Source: Dicyema japonicum (lineage: Eukaryota; Animalia; Dicyemida). Taken from it: a DNA stretch of 64,000 nt. The notes beneath the pieces were generated by a model. The model saw nothing but the letters and a program-made list of their open reading frames with translations, had not been told where the DNA came from and searched no databases. Where the stretch lies: the NCBI GenBank assembly GCA_011109175.1, contig RDEW01000034.1, forward strand, positions 517,556 through 581,555, written 5' to 3'. Below, piece by piece: positions 1 to 16,257 of this stretch (the stretch's first letter is position 1; the number at the start of each line of letters is the position of its first letter). A program made the translations under genes and the position numbers.

Positions 1-448
1 ACGTCTCGCAGGTTTATACGAACGTTTTTTAAAAAGAATATAGTGATCACTGGTTGTGTTCGGTATATTCTGACCAGGTTCCCATTTTTATCTTTTCTTA
101 AACTAGTTTTATGTAATGTTGGATGATCAAAATAGTATTCGTAATAAACATGCGATCCAATACAGGTCTCTTCATTCCTCGTTTCACCAACTCTAGAATC
201 CCAGTCACCACCAATGAACCTCAGAAATGATGACGAAAGTTAGTCATATTTCCAAGTAAAACATGAGTAGAGCACATCGAGCTCTTTAGGATCGGCATCA
301 ACCCGGACAGCGGTCTGAGCATAGACATTGACGATAGAGATGACAGAATTAGATTTCGTTCAGAACTTGAGTTGCATGATTGTAATACGACTCGAGACAG
401 CCATAAACGTGTCAAATAGTAAAAGATCTCATCAAATCCAAGATTATA

Positions 449-516
449 AGCAGCGAGATTCGAACCCGTAGCCTAAGCCATTTAAGCCCGACATCTAACC
501 ACTATGCCACCTTGTT
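449..516 (-). pseudogene. tRNA-like sequence (tRNA pseudogene or SINE head)
   Basis: Minus strand reads AAGGTGGCATAGTGGTTAGATGTCGGGCTTAAATGGCTTAGGCTACGGGTTCGAATCTCGCTGCT, with Pol III A box TGGCATAGTGG and B box GGTTCGAATC. Acceptor and anticodon stems are imperfect. A related copy lies at 22623. Confidence 0.65.
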
Positions 517-1234
517 TCATGAAGACAGTAAATACTGACCCATGAATTGATAAATCACGTCCAAGTTGATGTTATTTTGGTAATGAACTTCAAACCACGA
601 ATGTTGAAAGTACTGAGGGAGAAATAGACAACGGGTAATCAAACGCGAAGAAGACAAGATTTCAAAAAAGGTACGTCCATCACCAACCACACCCTTATCC
701 ACGGAAAATATGTCATGCAGACCCAGTGTCTATGTTGAATGGACCTAGTAATTAGTTATTTTAATGGCAGTATAAGTGTTATCAATCACCTAAACAACAG
801 TTGGAAACAGTAGATGCTGGCCTAATACTGAAAAATTAAGTGCCGTTTAATGACTTTAAACACAACGTTTTTGACTAAAAAGGTAATAGATTAACTCGTA
901 TGCCCAGTAACGATGGCAACAAAAGTGGAGTGTTTATTAGAAATATGAGTGTGCGTAAAATGTGAATTGTTCAAAGACTGTGAAGAAATGGTTTTTAAAC
1001 TACGCAAGCAAACAAGTAGGTTAACTATGAGATTAGAATACCGGATAACTTATCTCAAATGTGATATCAAAAGTTTTGGTGAAGTCTTTGCTAAGATGTC
1101 ACTAGAAGAATATAGGGATGTTAATGAACTCATTAGAGTCAAGTCAGAAGTTAGAAGATTCAATATTGGTATAAAATTGTCACTGATGAAGCTCGATGCT
1201 CATACAGATGAGAAATAAAAGAAAAAAGGTTTAA

Positions 1235-1345
1235 ATGCAAGATCGGCAAACATAGACCGACTGTACATTCCAAAGTCTAGGTTAGGTGATGGTCTACGCG
1301 ATGTAGTCAAAATGAGGGAGAGGCCGTTGTTGGGCTTAAATTAGA
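1235..1345 (+). mobile_element. Degraded non-LTR retrotransposon remnant (post-RT region)
   Basis: Translates ANIDRLYIPKSRLGDGLRDV, resembling the DRLYxPRxxGGRGL motif C-terminal to non-LTR RTs. Confidence 0.45.
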
Positions 1346-2064
1346 GTGTGAAACAATAATATCTGAGAGGAAGATGGTATTCTTTACTGTTGAGTAGTCA
1401 AACTAACTAATGTACGTATCCAATCTCTAAATATGACCTTATACAAGAACACCAGGGAAGTACAGTGTCATTTAACGTTTTTTAGGTCGCCTGTTTGGGG
1501 GAAAATGCCTATAACTGTAGCCAACAGACACAACTTTTCCCAATAACATAGTTTGTTTTGTAGTGGCTACGAGTACCGTTCCCAGTAGGAAATTAACTAG
1601 ATTAACAAAAAGTGTTTGACATACAACTTTCTGAGCAACAATTCACTAGACTCTTATTAAATAAACAAAGATTACAATATTATAGGCAACTATCGTAGGT
1701 ACATAATTGTTATATTTCCACACGTGCACTTAAAGCGATTTTTCAGAAGTTTACATCAAAGTTCCAAATTTCACACATCAGGGGCTACTAGGTTATCAGT
1801 TCCGACAACTCTTTATGCACACGATGAGCTTACCTGTAAAGCCTTCTGCAAGCTCACCAATATACAACTTATAAATTTTTTTCATTTCTACTCAGAATAA
1901 CTACATGGTGACTCCACTTGTTGGAATTATGATATAAAGTTAAAGAGCGTCTGGATAACATTAGAACTGCTACTTTGTAAAGCACGAACACCCTAAATAT
2001 ATGCAATTGAGAGACAAATCTGTGATCTCAAAATAAATTTACTAAGTGAATAAATGAAAGTAAA

Positions 2065-5657
<3,593 letters not shown>

Positions 5658-5727
5658 AATAAATAACGACCTATTTTCTTTATTATAATATTAATTATGT
5701 TACGAATTAACCGCATGTTTAAGCATG

Positions 5728-8342
5728 CTAATTCCACGAACAGACATAACAGAGAGAATGAGAACATGATGAATGAAAGACATGACCACACATCATAACT
5801 ACTAGAGGACTCTCAATGACAGATTGACTACACTTTGCACATGTAGAGTCAAATGATATATGTATTGGTTTTGTTTGTACTAGTTGTTTAGCATATGTAA
5901 TGTAATCACAAGTGAATATTTGAAGACAACTCTTAAGTATTGACAACTTTAATAAAACCACCAATAACTTGAATGTTCATTTCATTAAAGAGAGTAGACA
6001 AAGATTTGCCAATACAACCAAACTTTATGTGTTTGGGAAGACGACTAACAAGTTTAATACAGTCCACTTTGTCTGAATGTAGTAAAAGTCCATTAATAAA
6101 ATCTATAATAACAGTAAAAATAACCTTCCCTGGTTAGGGACATTTCTAAAAGAGTATTCCATAAATCAGAGTCATTACAGTTTACACAAAAGTCAATAGC
6201 CTTTTCAACACTATTAATAAGTGATAGTGCCTTCTTAGTATTACCAATGCGGGCTTATTTATTATGTATGTATTACCATATAAAAAGGATGAGTGGACAT
6301 TCAGATTGTTATTATCACATATTCTAAGAGCTGTCTCAATGTCATACAATGCCTTTGATTTTAGAAATGGTAACAATGAGTCCAAATCATGTTTAATAAA
6401 CAAATTAATGACAGTAAATGTATGTCCTTCATTAACACATTCTGTCATTAATGTCTTCAAATACTATAATATTAAATAATACATACACATAACAAATATA
6501 ATTCATTATTCTTTATTTTATCAATCACTATACTCTCATCAATATATTTATTTACTAACAAAATACTAGCCTTCTCGGCATTAATATTGAATAGATTATA
6601 TATACAATCACTACTAATACTCTCCATTACTTCAAATATTCTCTCTGATTTACATCTCATACTAATATTATAATATAACCTCATTAAACATGACACTCCC
6701 TTTGATACTTCATTCTCCTTTAAATACAATTCTCCAAGACAACACATCATCACTTGTGATCTGCTTGATTGTCTCTCTAAACATTCACATAACACATCCT
6801 TTGGTAATAAATCCTTTCATTCATATAACACACCAACTGGATTATTCTCACTAACCCATACATAGAAACTAGGAGATTCTTCCGGTAATGTGTGCAATAT
6901 TACTGACATTCTCTCAATTAAAAACTGGGGTCCCACATTCATTCTGAGAATGGAAGCATCCTTTGCTCTATGCTCACTAATCATATTACAATATATAATA
7001 TGTAAAGGCATTCTCATATTGTCCTATTCTCGCATATGATTTGGCAAGGGAGGAAAGTACACGAGGGTCACTCACTGATTTGTCCACAAAACAGGCAATC
7101 TCATTAAGCATAGACATTGGAATTATACGTTCATTCATAGTTGTGACAAACTCCTACAATAATAAGTAAATAAACATCAAATTGATTATTACTGAGGAGT
7201 TGTATCATAATGTCACAGATTTTGTCCTTTGTGAGAAGGAATAGTTGTGATTTGGTCAGAACCAGCATTTCATCATCACTCAGATTGACTAAAATCAGTA
7301 TATAAGCAACAAAGTCCAGTTTTAGTAGAGAATGTGTTATTATTATTAGGCAGTTGTTTTATTTCAAAACTACTTGAATTATCAGAGTATTTGAGGACAG
7401 CCAGGTCAGAGGATTGAGTCAAAATAGTTAGATGCTGCTTGTACACAGTTACCCCACAAATTATGACGTCCTCCATTTTGAAATTAATTTCTAAATAAAG
7501 AGTACAAAATACCTCCACTAGGACTGTCCATGAATGAATAAACCATAATATTATATAACAAACAAACCCACACATTGGATGCCCAACCAACAACAAGTGA
7601 TAGTCCTCTAATATATGTGGTAGTCCATAGTAAATGACATGGACTATTCTCTGTCAAATCAATTCTGAGTATTCTTTGTTTAGATGTAATATTATGTACT
7701 CCAACCTCCTTTAATAATAAGTAAATAATACAGAATTAGTATTCCAAGCAACATAATGCTCAAATGACGATAGTGATAGAATGGCTGAGTTTGCAGAATA
7801 TAGTATTCCTGACTGACTAAACTTGCCAAATATATTATTCTTATAAATAATAATCTCAATTATAATAATATTACTTTGTTTGTTGATATTATAAATCTAG
7901 AATGCACTCTATTATCAAATTGATGATCAATGTCACATGCATTAATCTCTATGGGACTATCCAATGAGTAAATTATGTTAATACGGTCATCAAGTCCAAT
8001 TAGAGTTACCTTAATATTTGCCATTATTACTTTAAATTGAGTTGTCACCAACCCAAACTCATTATTCACTGACATACTATTTATTGGAGTTAAGTACTAA
8101 CATAATTAACAACAAAACCAGTTTATATGTTCTAAAGGGGAATCCATCAAATGTATACAAGTGAACACTACCAACATTAGTGCCAACTATAATTAACTAC
8201 AATATATTCACATTATTACTTTGGAAGAGGCACACAAACAAGTCACCAATTCATCATTCAATCCTAAGGATTCTGTTGACTGCAGTTTTATTGGTTTTGG
8301 CGCCTATATTTTATTATTTTAAATAACTGATAAAATGTCCAT
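5728..8342 (-). CDS. VPS41: Vacuolar protein sorting 41 (HOPS subunit), multi-exon
   Basis: Splicing 24-nt (8304-8327) and 23-nt introns gives MDILSAPKPIK...TCLCASSKLIIVGTNVGSVHLYTFDG. Clathrin-repeat region LLPFLKSKALYDIETALRIC. C-terminal RING-H2 CAKC...CGHVFHSSC...CYVC. Confidence 0.92.
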
Positions 8343-8589
8343 CACAAAACTAAAATAACAACTTATTAATATATTTAAATATGCATAATTATTTTTAATA
8401 AATTAAGTAACGACGTGTGTGTGTAGCGTGACGTTATGTGGTCCACCAATTCAAAAAATTCAAAAGGATTTGGCAACGCCCAGAGGGCTTCTAATGCTTT
8501 CCCGAAAAGGACCATTAGACCATTTCCTCCCGGGGGGTCATTATCAACCCCCCGGTGATGTGCTTCAAAAAAGTCCAAACATTCCCGGA

Positions 8590-10895
8590 GAAAACCCTCA
8601 GCCCACTGTGGAGAAAGGAAATCTACTGTTCTCCAATTGAACATCAACGGAATTAAAGGCAAGGTCAGGGAACGACTTAGATCAGAAGATCGACGTGGCT
8701 ATGATCCAAGAAACTAAACTTCTCATGAATGATGCCATTATTTCATTCCTTGAATACGAGGCTATCAGGATGGACCGTAAAAAGAGAAGAGGGGGTGGAC
8801 TACTTACTCTATTCAAAAAGAACCTGAAATGCAGAGACATTACTTCGGAAGTGAGGAATCTTGTTGGAAATGACGAGGTTACTTAGGCAATTGGAATCTC
8901 GCTTGGGACAACAAAAGGAAGTCTGTGCCTCGTGAACATCTACTTGCCTCCTCCCGACTCCTGCCCAAAGGACTATGACCCGACTCCACACCTATCAAGA
9001 TTGTCTATCTACGAGGAGATCATCATATGTAAAAATATAGCACCCCTTATGGTTGTCAACCCAACAGGCCGACACGACACGAAGCTATTGTTATTGAAAA
9101 CGGACTCCCTAATCATACTGAATGACCCAGCAAAAAATTCAAGGACCCCACTCAGGGAGACGGATCAGCCTACCTCTCCCGACGTAACACTCTGCTCCAC
9201 ATCATTTTCATCGAAAATTAACTGGTCAGTCTTCTACGAAACAAGAAGCGATCATAACCCGATTGTGATGAAGATCAAGAGAGAAGTCAAATTGAGGAGA
9301 ACTTGGACAGCTTCAAATCGCTAGAAAATGCGATCAAATACTTTACTTGCACAATCCTAGAAGCAAGATCATTGGCTATTTCCAAGCATCATCTAAATTC
9401 CTCTAATGGTCGAGAAATGTCGGCATTGATCAAGAACACAGAAAGTCGGAAGTGCTTTTCTCTTCATGCAGTAAACTGAAGAAGGATTCTAACCCAGTTT
9501 ACTTCTCGGATAAAGACGTGAAGAATGGGCAGCGTTTTAGAAGCACAACGTACTCTGCCGATCCCGACAACAGTTCAGTAGTGTTATTGAAGAACCTTGG
9601 AGATATGGGAGTCGGTTTACAACTAATCAATTAATTGGAATGTAATACAGCTGTTATGGAAGCAAGAAAACAGCCGACCTATTCTGAATCCTGGAAAACC
9701 TAAGGAAGATTCGGCATCATTTAGACCTGTGTCATTGTTATGTTCCGTATCGAAAATCGTGGAAAGGCTTGTGCTTGGGAGAATCAAGGCTTTCTTACCA
9801 GAAAAGGATTTTCAACACGGATTCAAGAGCGATTGTACTACATTAACGTACCAACAGAAATTAACCAACTTCATTAGAGATGGATTTTCAAACGAACCAA
9901 GGCATTTGAAAACAGTCTTATGTTCCATTGATATTAACAAGGCCTTTGATTCTATTTCGAGAAAAATATCATGAAAGAAAATTTTCCAGTCGGAGATCCC
10001 GGGGAGCTTAAACTTTGGATAACCAATTTCTTAAGTGGACGGAGGGGACGATTATGCTTCGGAGGACTGAAATCAGTTTCGCGTTTTCTCCAAACGATGT
10101 CCCCCAACGATCTCCTTTATCTCCCGCTTTATTCAATTTATACCTGGCCAAACTCCCGACACCGGAATCCAATAATGATGTTCTACTATCATATGCGGAC
10201 GACATTGTTTTGGCCTCGCGTGATCGGGATATTCAAAATGCTACAAAAAGATTACAAATTAACCTGGACCGACTCAACGCCTGGGTAATGAAGAACCGAC
10301 TCACGGTAACATTCCAGAAAGTCGATCATGTCTATGTTTACTTCGGACAAAAGGTTGGGGAAGAAGACTGTCACCTTAAAATTGGACAACGATGAAGTCC
10401 CTTTCAGCAAATATCAAAAGATCCTGGGCGTGACACTGGATACGCACTTATGTTTGTCACCACACGTGGCAAACATTGTTCTGAAGTGCGAGAAGAGGAT
10501 CAATGAATTAAAATGTTTATCTGGAATATGGAAGACAGGACCCACCCGGTCTTGATGAATATCTACTAACAATACATTAAACTATGCTTCTCGTGCGCGT
10601 GTGCTTCGTGGGGACCTTCATTATCATGGACGAATACTAAGAAAATCGAGGACATAAAAAAGAAGGCTTTCAGAATCACGGAGCGGTGGACTTGTGGGAG
10701 ACACAGACCCGGACCGACTACTCTAGAGGCCAGCATGCGGGAAGGTGGCCATGCAAATACAGTCAGCCGCCAATACGAATTATGTGGGCACGAGGGGGAG
10801 CACCAGGAAAGGATGAGGATTTTGGTAGAACGCATCGAGATCACGTGATAGTTAGTTTGGTTTTATTGTGGTCTTGGGTGTTAAATAAACTCTAG
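8590..10895 (+). mobile_element. Degraded Ingi/Vingi-like (I-group) LINE, APE + RT
   Basis: APE motifs QLNINGIKGK, IQETKL, GGGLLTL, NIYLPP, SDHNPI. RT motifs FRPVSLL, QHGF, DINKAFD, VPQRSPLSPALFNLY, YADD, KILGVTLD. 3' tail TTAGTT...AAATAAA. Many frameshifts. Confidence 0.9.
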
Positions 10896-11501
10896 GTGAG
10901 TGTACTCACATATTAAATTGTGGTTAGCAGTCATGCTCTTGATTAAAAAATTATGAATACAAGCACAACCAGTTGATTTTCACTTTGAGGGTATTAAGTT
11001 ATAGAATTAATTCATGTTAATTGGGTCTTCCATTTAGAATAGTACTTTACTAAGCAGTCGTAAGCAAACTGGGAAACATATATTAAGGTTAAATTATAAT
11101 TTCACCAATACTCTGTTAAATTATTCGATAATGTCAGGATTGACTTTTTGTAAATAAACTAACCATCATGGTTTTCAGTTTCTCGTAACTATTTTCAAAT
11201 GGTTCTTGACACTAAAACAGACAACCATTCACTAAATTAAAGAATTCGCTAAGTCACAGATAAATTTAAACTTAGGAACTTACGTAAATAAATGTAACTG
11301 AATAAACTATCAGTAGATGATGGAGATTGTTTTGAGATGGTGAACGTTGCTTTAATCTCACTTTTATCACAAATAGTTTGTTATAATAAATCGTTTTTAA
11401 TATAAAAATAGTTTGGTCAGATGAGAGAATGTAGTTATTGTGAATTATATTAAATATTAGTTCTTATTAAAATTATAAAAACAATGACGTAATAATATTA
11501 A

Positions 11502-11870
11502 TCACTTAGTCCAACTAACTTTAGGAATATCATAGTGCTCAGTCATAGAATCAAGGTACTCATTAAAGTCCTTTATTTTCTGTCTGTGAGTTTTAATTTC
11601 AGTTTTACTAATTCTTGCAATGTGCTATAATATATTATAATATTGAACTCGCTCTAATTGGGCTTCCGCAAAACGTTTTTGAGACGCTGTCCTTTGGTCT
11701 ACTTTCTTTAAGGAAGATGAAATCTCATCTGTCAGAATTTTCTTCTTTTGGTACATCATTAACAGGTTTCATAGAACTATTTCAAACTTAATTAAGATTT
11801 TATACCTCTTTTTCTTTGAAGATCCCTTGAATTTAAGTTTTTTACGCTCAACATAATCGTACTCGGACAT
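11502..11870 (-). CDS. FAM32A: FAM32A-like small nuclear protein (missed by ORF track)
   Basis: Splicing micro-introns (11777-11805, 11625-11648, probably a third of about 22 nt) gives MSEYDYVERKKLKFKG...QRTASQKRF...THRQKIKDFNEYLDSMTEHYDIPKVSWTK*, the FAM32A signature C-terminus. Confidence 0.92.
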
Positions 11871-11959
11871 AACACACAAAATCAAAAAGTATTTTTAATA
11901 AAATTAAATAAGTTAATAATATTATTATTTTTAGATATTATAAAAATATTTATTTATTG

Positions 11960-12985
11960 CCGAGGATCATTGACTCTCAGGTGACATTGAACTTAATACA
12001 GAATACTTGGAGTCTGTTACGAAACATCCCAAAATTCTTGGAGTCATTTTCGACCAACTACTGACATTCTCGAAACATGTAGAGAAACAATGTACAAAGG
12101 CCTTTCTCAAAATCAACATACTGAAAGCTGTGTTACGCCAAAGCAGAGGCCCTAATCATTATAAAAAATTCATTCTAACCAATTAACTATGCTGGTCTTT
12201 GTTGGTCAACCGCTGCCTCCCTCACTTCTATCGACAAACAACAAAAAGTCCCAAATATCTCGCTCAGAGCAACTACTGGATGTCTTAGATCAACCCCTAT
12301 TGATCATCTTCACTGGGAATCAAAGATTCTTATAATTGGATACCATTTGGAAATGAGAGCTGTACAGTTCATCTCTCAAGCGCAAACCAAAAGAAGAATT
12401 ATTATGACAACCAGTGACCTATCTGGAATGCTATCATCCATCCCTTCCAGCCCCAATGACCGGAGTTGTCTGAAACTGATGCACGATATTGTTTACAAGA
12501 ACCATCCGAAGACTCAATGATAATAAAATCCTACGCCGGCCCTCTCCTCCAATATATCATCAGAATCTTCTCTTTTAAGGGACATCTGGGTAAACCTGGC
12601 TCGTCTAAGATGTGGGAACATCCCCTCTCTACCGACGTACGATGTCCACTGTTCATTTTGCAACCTCTAATAGTTGACAACAAATCACCTCATCTCTTGG
12701 ACGAATGTCGTGAAGATCGAGTTTAGCTCGAAAAAAGCCTCCAGAATAAAGGAACGCTGGATTCCTGGAGAGTTCCAGCCACTAATGCCTCTTGAAGCCT
12801 TAATACGAATGAATCATGGAACGCGCCGTCGTGACTGCGAAAGTCCAGTCATTCGACCGATACGTGCTTTTGTGGGGTCGAAGGAGGAGCATTGGGCCAA
12901 GATGAGGTCTCTGCTAGAGCGTGCTGGAATCAGGTAATTAGTTAGTTTGTGTAACCGTGGTCTCTAGTGTTACTATTATTACCTA
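11960..12985 (+). mobile_element. 5'-truncated Ingi/Vingi-like LINE (RT thumb, C-terminal zinc knuckle, 3' UTR)
   Basis: PKILGVIFDQLLTFSKHV; VNLARLRCG; CSFC...HL. Ends GGAATCAGGTAATTAGTTAGTTT. Confidence 0.85.
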
Positions 12986-12999
12986 CTTGAATGTCATGA

Positions 13000-13460
13000 A
13001 TTAGCACAACGTTCTTCTACAATGCCGGGACTGACCATCTATAGAAGCGACCTGTATCTGCTGCGTCCTATTTAATAGCTGCTGGTTTCCTACAAGTTAG
13101 TGAGAACGGGTTACTTAAATAACTAACCAAATGGTGATAAAAAACCAAGACTTATACACAGCCTGTAAATCGAAACACTGGATAAAATTATTAAGACCCA
13201 ATGGAAATTATTTTGGCACATATTAAGGAAGAATCATGCCGTATCTGCTTACGATGTAATGTAATCATACTTTTTCTGCTCAGGGGCTTTCAGAGGGAAA
13301 TCAAGAGCAACTTAGCTATCAATAATGAAAATCGATCTAAAATGATGTTAGAAGACGTTGATGATTTAGGCAGCCTCCGAAAAATTGCAATATCGGAAAG
13401 AGCGTGGAGGTGTCTAACAGACGGGATCATCCGGGGGTGGAACAAGCGACGGGAAGGGTA
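13000..13460 (+). mobile_element. RTE-clade LINE 3' remnant
   Basis: QWKLFWHILRK (RWxLFGHILR motif) and LRKIAISERAWRCL (RTE C-terminus). Confidence 0.7.
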
Positions 13461-13594
13461 TAACTTTCACATTGCGAATGTGTATTATATTAATAAATTA
13501 GCTAAATGAGCACAGACTTACAAGGTGACGCCTTACTAGCGAAAACAGGCATTCTGTAATCCTCTTCTCATTGGATTAATTTCAACTCATGTTT

Positions 13595-15185
13595 TATTAT
13601 TATTATTAATTTTTTTTAAATAATAACAATTTATTGAAGAATAAAACCAAATAGTTAAAGGCTACTGGCTGCTCTCAGGATTGAGAGCGCATTTCCCCTT
13701 ACGATCTGTAAGGAGATGCGCTCAATGAGCCAGCCCTTCTCTCTGACATCTTTCCTCCTTTTAGCGACAAACGATCCAATTTTGTTGAGCAGGGCTAACG
13801 ACCAGCTTCCTATGACTCCTGAAGTTTCGACTGCGACTGGTTCAAATGTGTACTGCTCGCCGAGGCATGTGTACTTCTTTGCTTTAAGTATTTCTGCTTT
13901 CTCTGCATCTGAGCCTGGATTTGTCGCACTCATTGCAATATTGGAAGGGGAGAAGCTATCTACGCAGGTGGCATCCCAGGCAAGGTACTTCCCAGCATCC
14001 CACGGGAACAGAGTCGCTCCATCCGGCCTTCTGTTTGCCGTGGCAAGTCCTAGGGGCTCCATCTGGACAGGGAATCCGGCAGCTTCTAGTCCCCACGCAA
14101 TAACCTTGTTGATTGGACTATGTTTCAGGCTCTTTCCAGCGCTCCTTCGCCAGGAAAGTGCGTGGAGTCCTTTCGCGTCGACTATTTCTCCACATCTACA
14201 GCGATGGATTGCGAAAACATCGATTCCGAGGCGGACGCAAACCCCAATCCTCGTGGAGTCATCGTCCAGAAAAGTTTCGAGTGAAATGCACGGGAATGCT
14301 TTGAGCCATGCACCACTTACGTTTGTTGATGCGGTAGCCAGACAAGCCAGACGATGCTGGTCGAGTTGTGGTTTTAGCTCATCGATGGTCCTCGAACATG
14401 ATGATTGACTTGACATTCCGTTCCTTCAGTTCGGTCGGATGTGATCCGAGGACAAGAGGTGCAAAGCAGAGAAGGCGCATCCAAGCTTCTTGGGTGTTGT
14501 CACTGACTGCTTTGGTGATTAGTTTTGAGAGACACGTGGCAGCTGCTAGGCGCACCGACTTTGGGATTCTGAGTGGGATAACCCTCTCTGATACAAGCCG
14601 GCGCAGGCGGAGTAAACATTCGTCCGTGTTAGATAGGTCCAGGACTGAACCAGAGAGCGGTTCATTTTGCCTTGTGGGTTCCCAAGGCATGTTGGGCATG
14701 ACCAACTTGAGAGACACTGAGCAGTCCGTCTTGTCAGCTTGTTGCACCCAAGGTGTCCAAAATTTGGGCAACGGGAACATTGGATACTATATTTCCTCTT
14801 GTTTGCCTCTCCACAGATAATGCAGGGGATAGACGTGCGAGAAATAAGCTCTTTGGGTTTCGGTGTTGGTTTCGGATCCTTTTCCATTGTCATGTTCAAT
14901 CCAAAAAGTAGAACGGCCAATACACCACAACACCACAAAAAATCGATATTTATGATTAACCCCGGATACACCGAGAAAGAAGTTAAAGTAAACAACTAAT
15001 TAAATGTATCCAGTTTCCACTTCTACAGAAACAGAGTCCATCCGGAATCAACATAAAGGGTAAAAGACGTCCATAGTTGCAGTTGTGGAAACCCCTCCAG
15101 TGGAGTGGGGGAGAGCAAATGATCCTTTTTCGTGCCGGCCTGGCACTGAGCGCCACCTAGAAAGGTGGATCACATGACGCCACTC
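13595..15185 (-). mobile_element. CRE-clade (REL endonuclease) non-LTR element with N-terminal PHD finger and internal deletion of the RT domain
   Basis: PHD at 14687-14824. Pre-RT motif IPLRIPKSVRLAAATCL...AWMRLLCFA is joined directly (about 14400) to the post-RT SGAWL, CRCG..DAKGLHALS knuckle and REL motifs RPDG..PW..GK.LAWDATC..KY..VAVETSG..RGNA. A/T-rich tail. Confidence 0.9.
15120..15185 (-). ncRNA. Candidate HDV-like (nested double pseudoknot) ribozyme at the CRE 5' end
   Basis: Manual fold: P1 GAGTGGC/GGCGCTC, P2 TGATCC/GGATCA, P3 ACC/GGT with loop TTTCTA, P1.1 TT/AG, P4 TGCC/GGCA, J4/2 CGAAAAA. All elements are in HDV order. Confidence 0.6.
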
Positions 15186-15797
15186 TAATAGGATGAAAGC
15201 GGAGGAACAGACGAACAAAACTGAAACTTCAACCAATTAGCCACGAAGCACCACATGGCGCCACGCGGATATTTAATGACTCTGTTAGTGACTTCCTGAT
15301 TTTTAGCCTACTTGTGTAAGAATGAGGGTGAAATAACGATTAATCACAATGTACTTGTATAATTTAGCATTTGTTGGATAAATTGCGATTGATGGTTGAG
15401 ATACAATCAACGTTGCTTCCAAGAAATTTTTGAGTCATCCGGTTTTCCATATGTCTCGAGAAAGTAATGAGCTAATATGATTTTCAGGATGTTTAACGTA
15501 ATATAAATAATTTTGTTGTTTTGTGTGTTGGTTTGATGCAATACCTTTTATATTTAGTAAATAGGACTATGAAAACCTTAGCTGGGAATATATCAAGTGG
15601 TCAGGATGTCCTGTATTTCTTACATTACCACATTGGTTTTTCGGTTATCCCTGTCAGTGAGGACAATACCATTAGTATATGGGAATGTAATTTAATTTTT
15701 GTTAACAGACTGTTTGTTGCCACGTACAGCTTGAAGAGTGGTTCAAAAATGGAAAACCACGTGGAACTCCATTTATAACTTCGATTTTATTTTATAA

Positions 15798-15875
15798 CAA
15801 ATCACTAGTCCATATCTTTCGCGTAGGATTTTATAGCAAATCACTCGTCCATATCTTTCTCTTAGGATGTAAAAG
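15798..15875 (+). repeat. 39-bp tandem duplication
   Basis: CAAATCACT(A/C)GTCCATATCTTTC(G/T)C(G/T)TAGGAT twice. Confidence 0.8.
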
Positions 15876-16257
15876 ACCCATAGTTTATTTTGGAATGAAT
15901 ATTTGTATTTTTTTTGCAAATATTTTACTAGTTACGAAATCAAATGCCTCCGTAATATATACACAAACAAGTACAGTTCTCATTGATATATGCATTGTAA
16001 TAATTATGATTGATAAAATGTATGTTATCACAGTCTTATCCAAAATAGTGGACTAATGGTTAGTAATGCTGTTAAAAATAAAAATACTCATATTACTGCT
16101 GAGTTTATCCCAGGATGGAAAAAAGCTCATTGTTGATAGGCTAGTCATTAGTTCAAAGACTGAAGCTATGTCCCTCATACACTTTAGACTTGTGATTGGG
16201 CATAACACTATCCATTTTTTTTCACCCCAAGATCACCGGATTAGAAAAAGTTAAAAG

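Noticed and set aside
949-1218. 89-aa ORF
   Set aside because: No recognisable motif; possibly TE debris.
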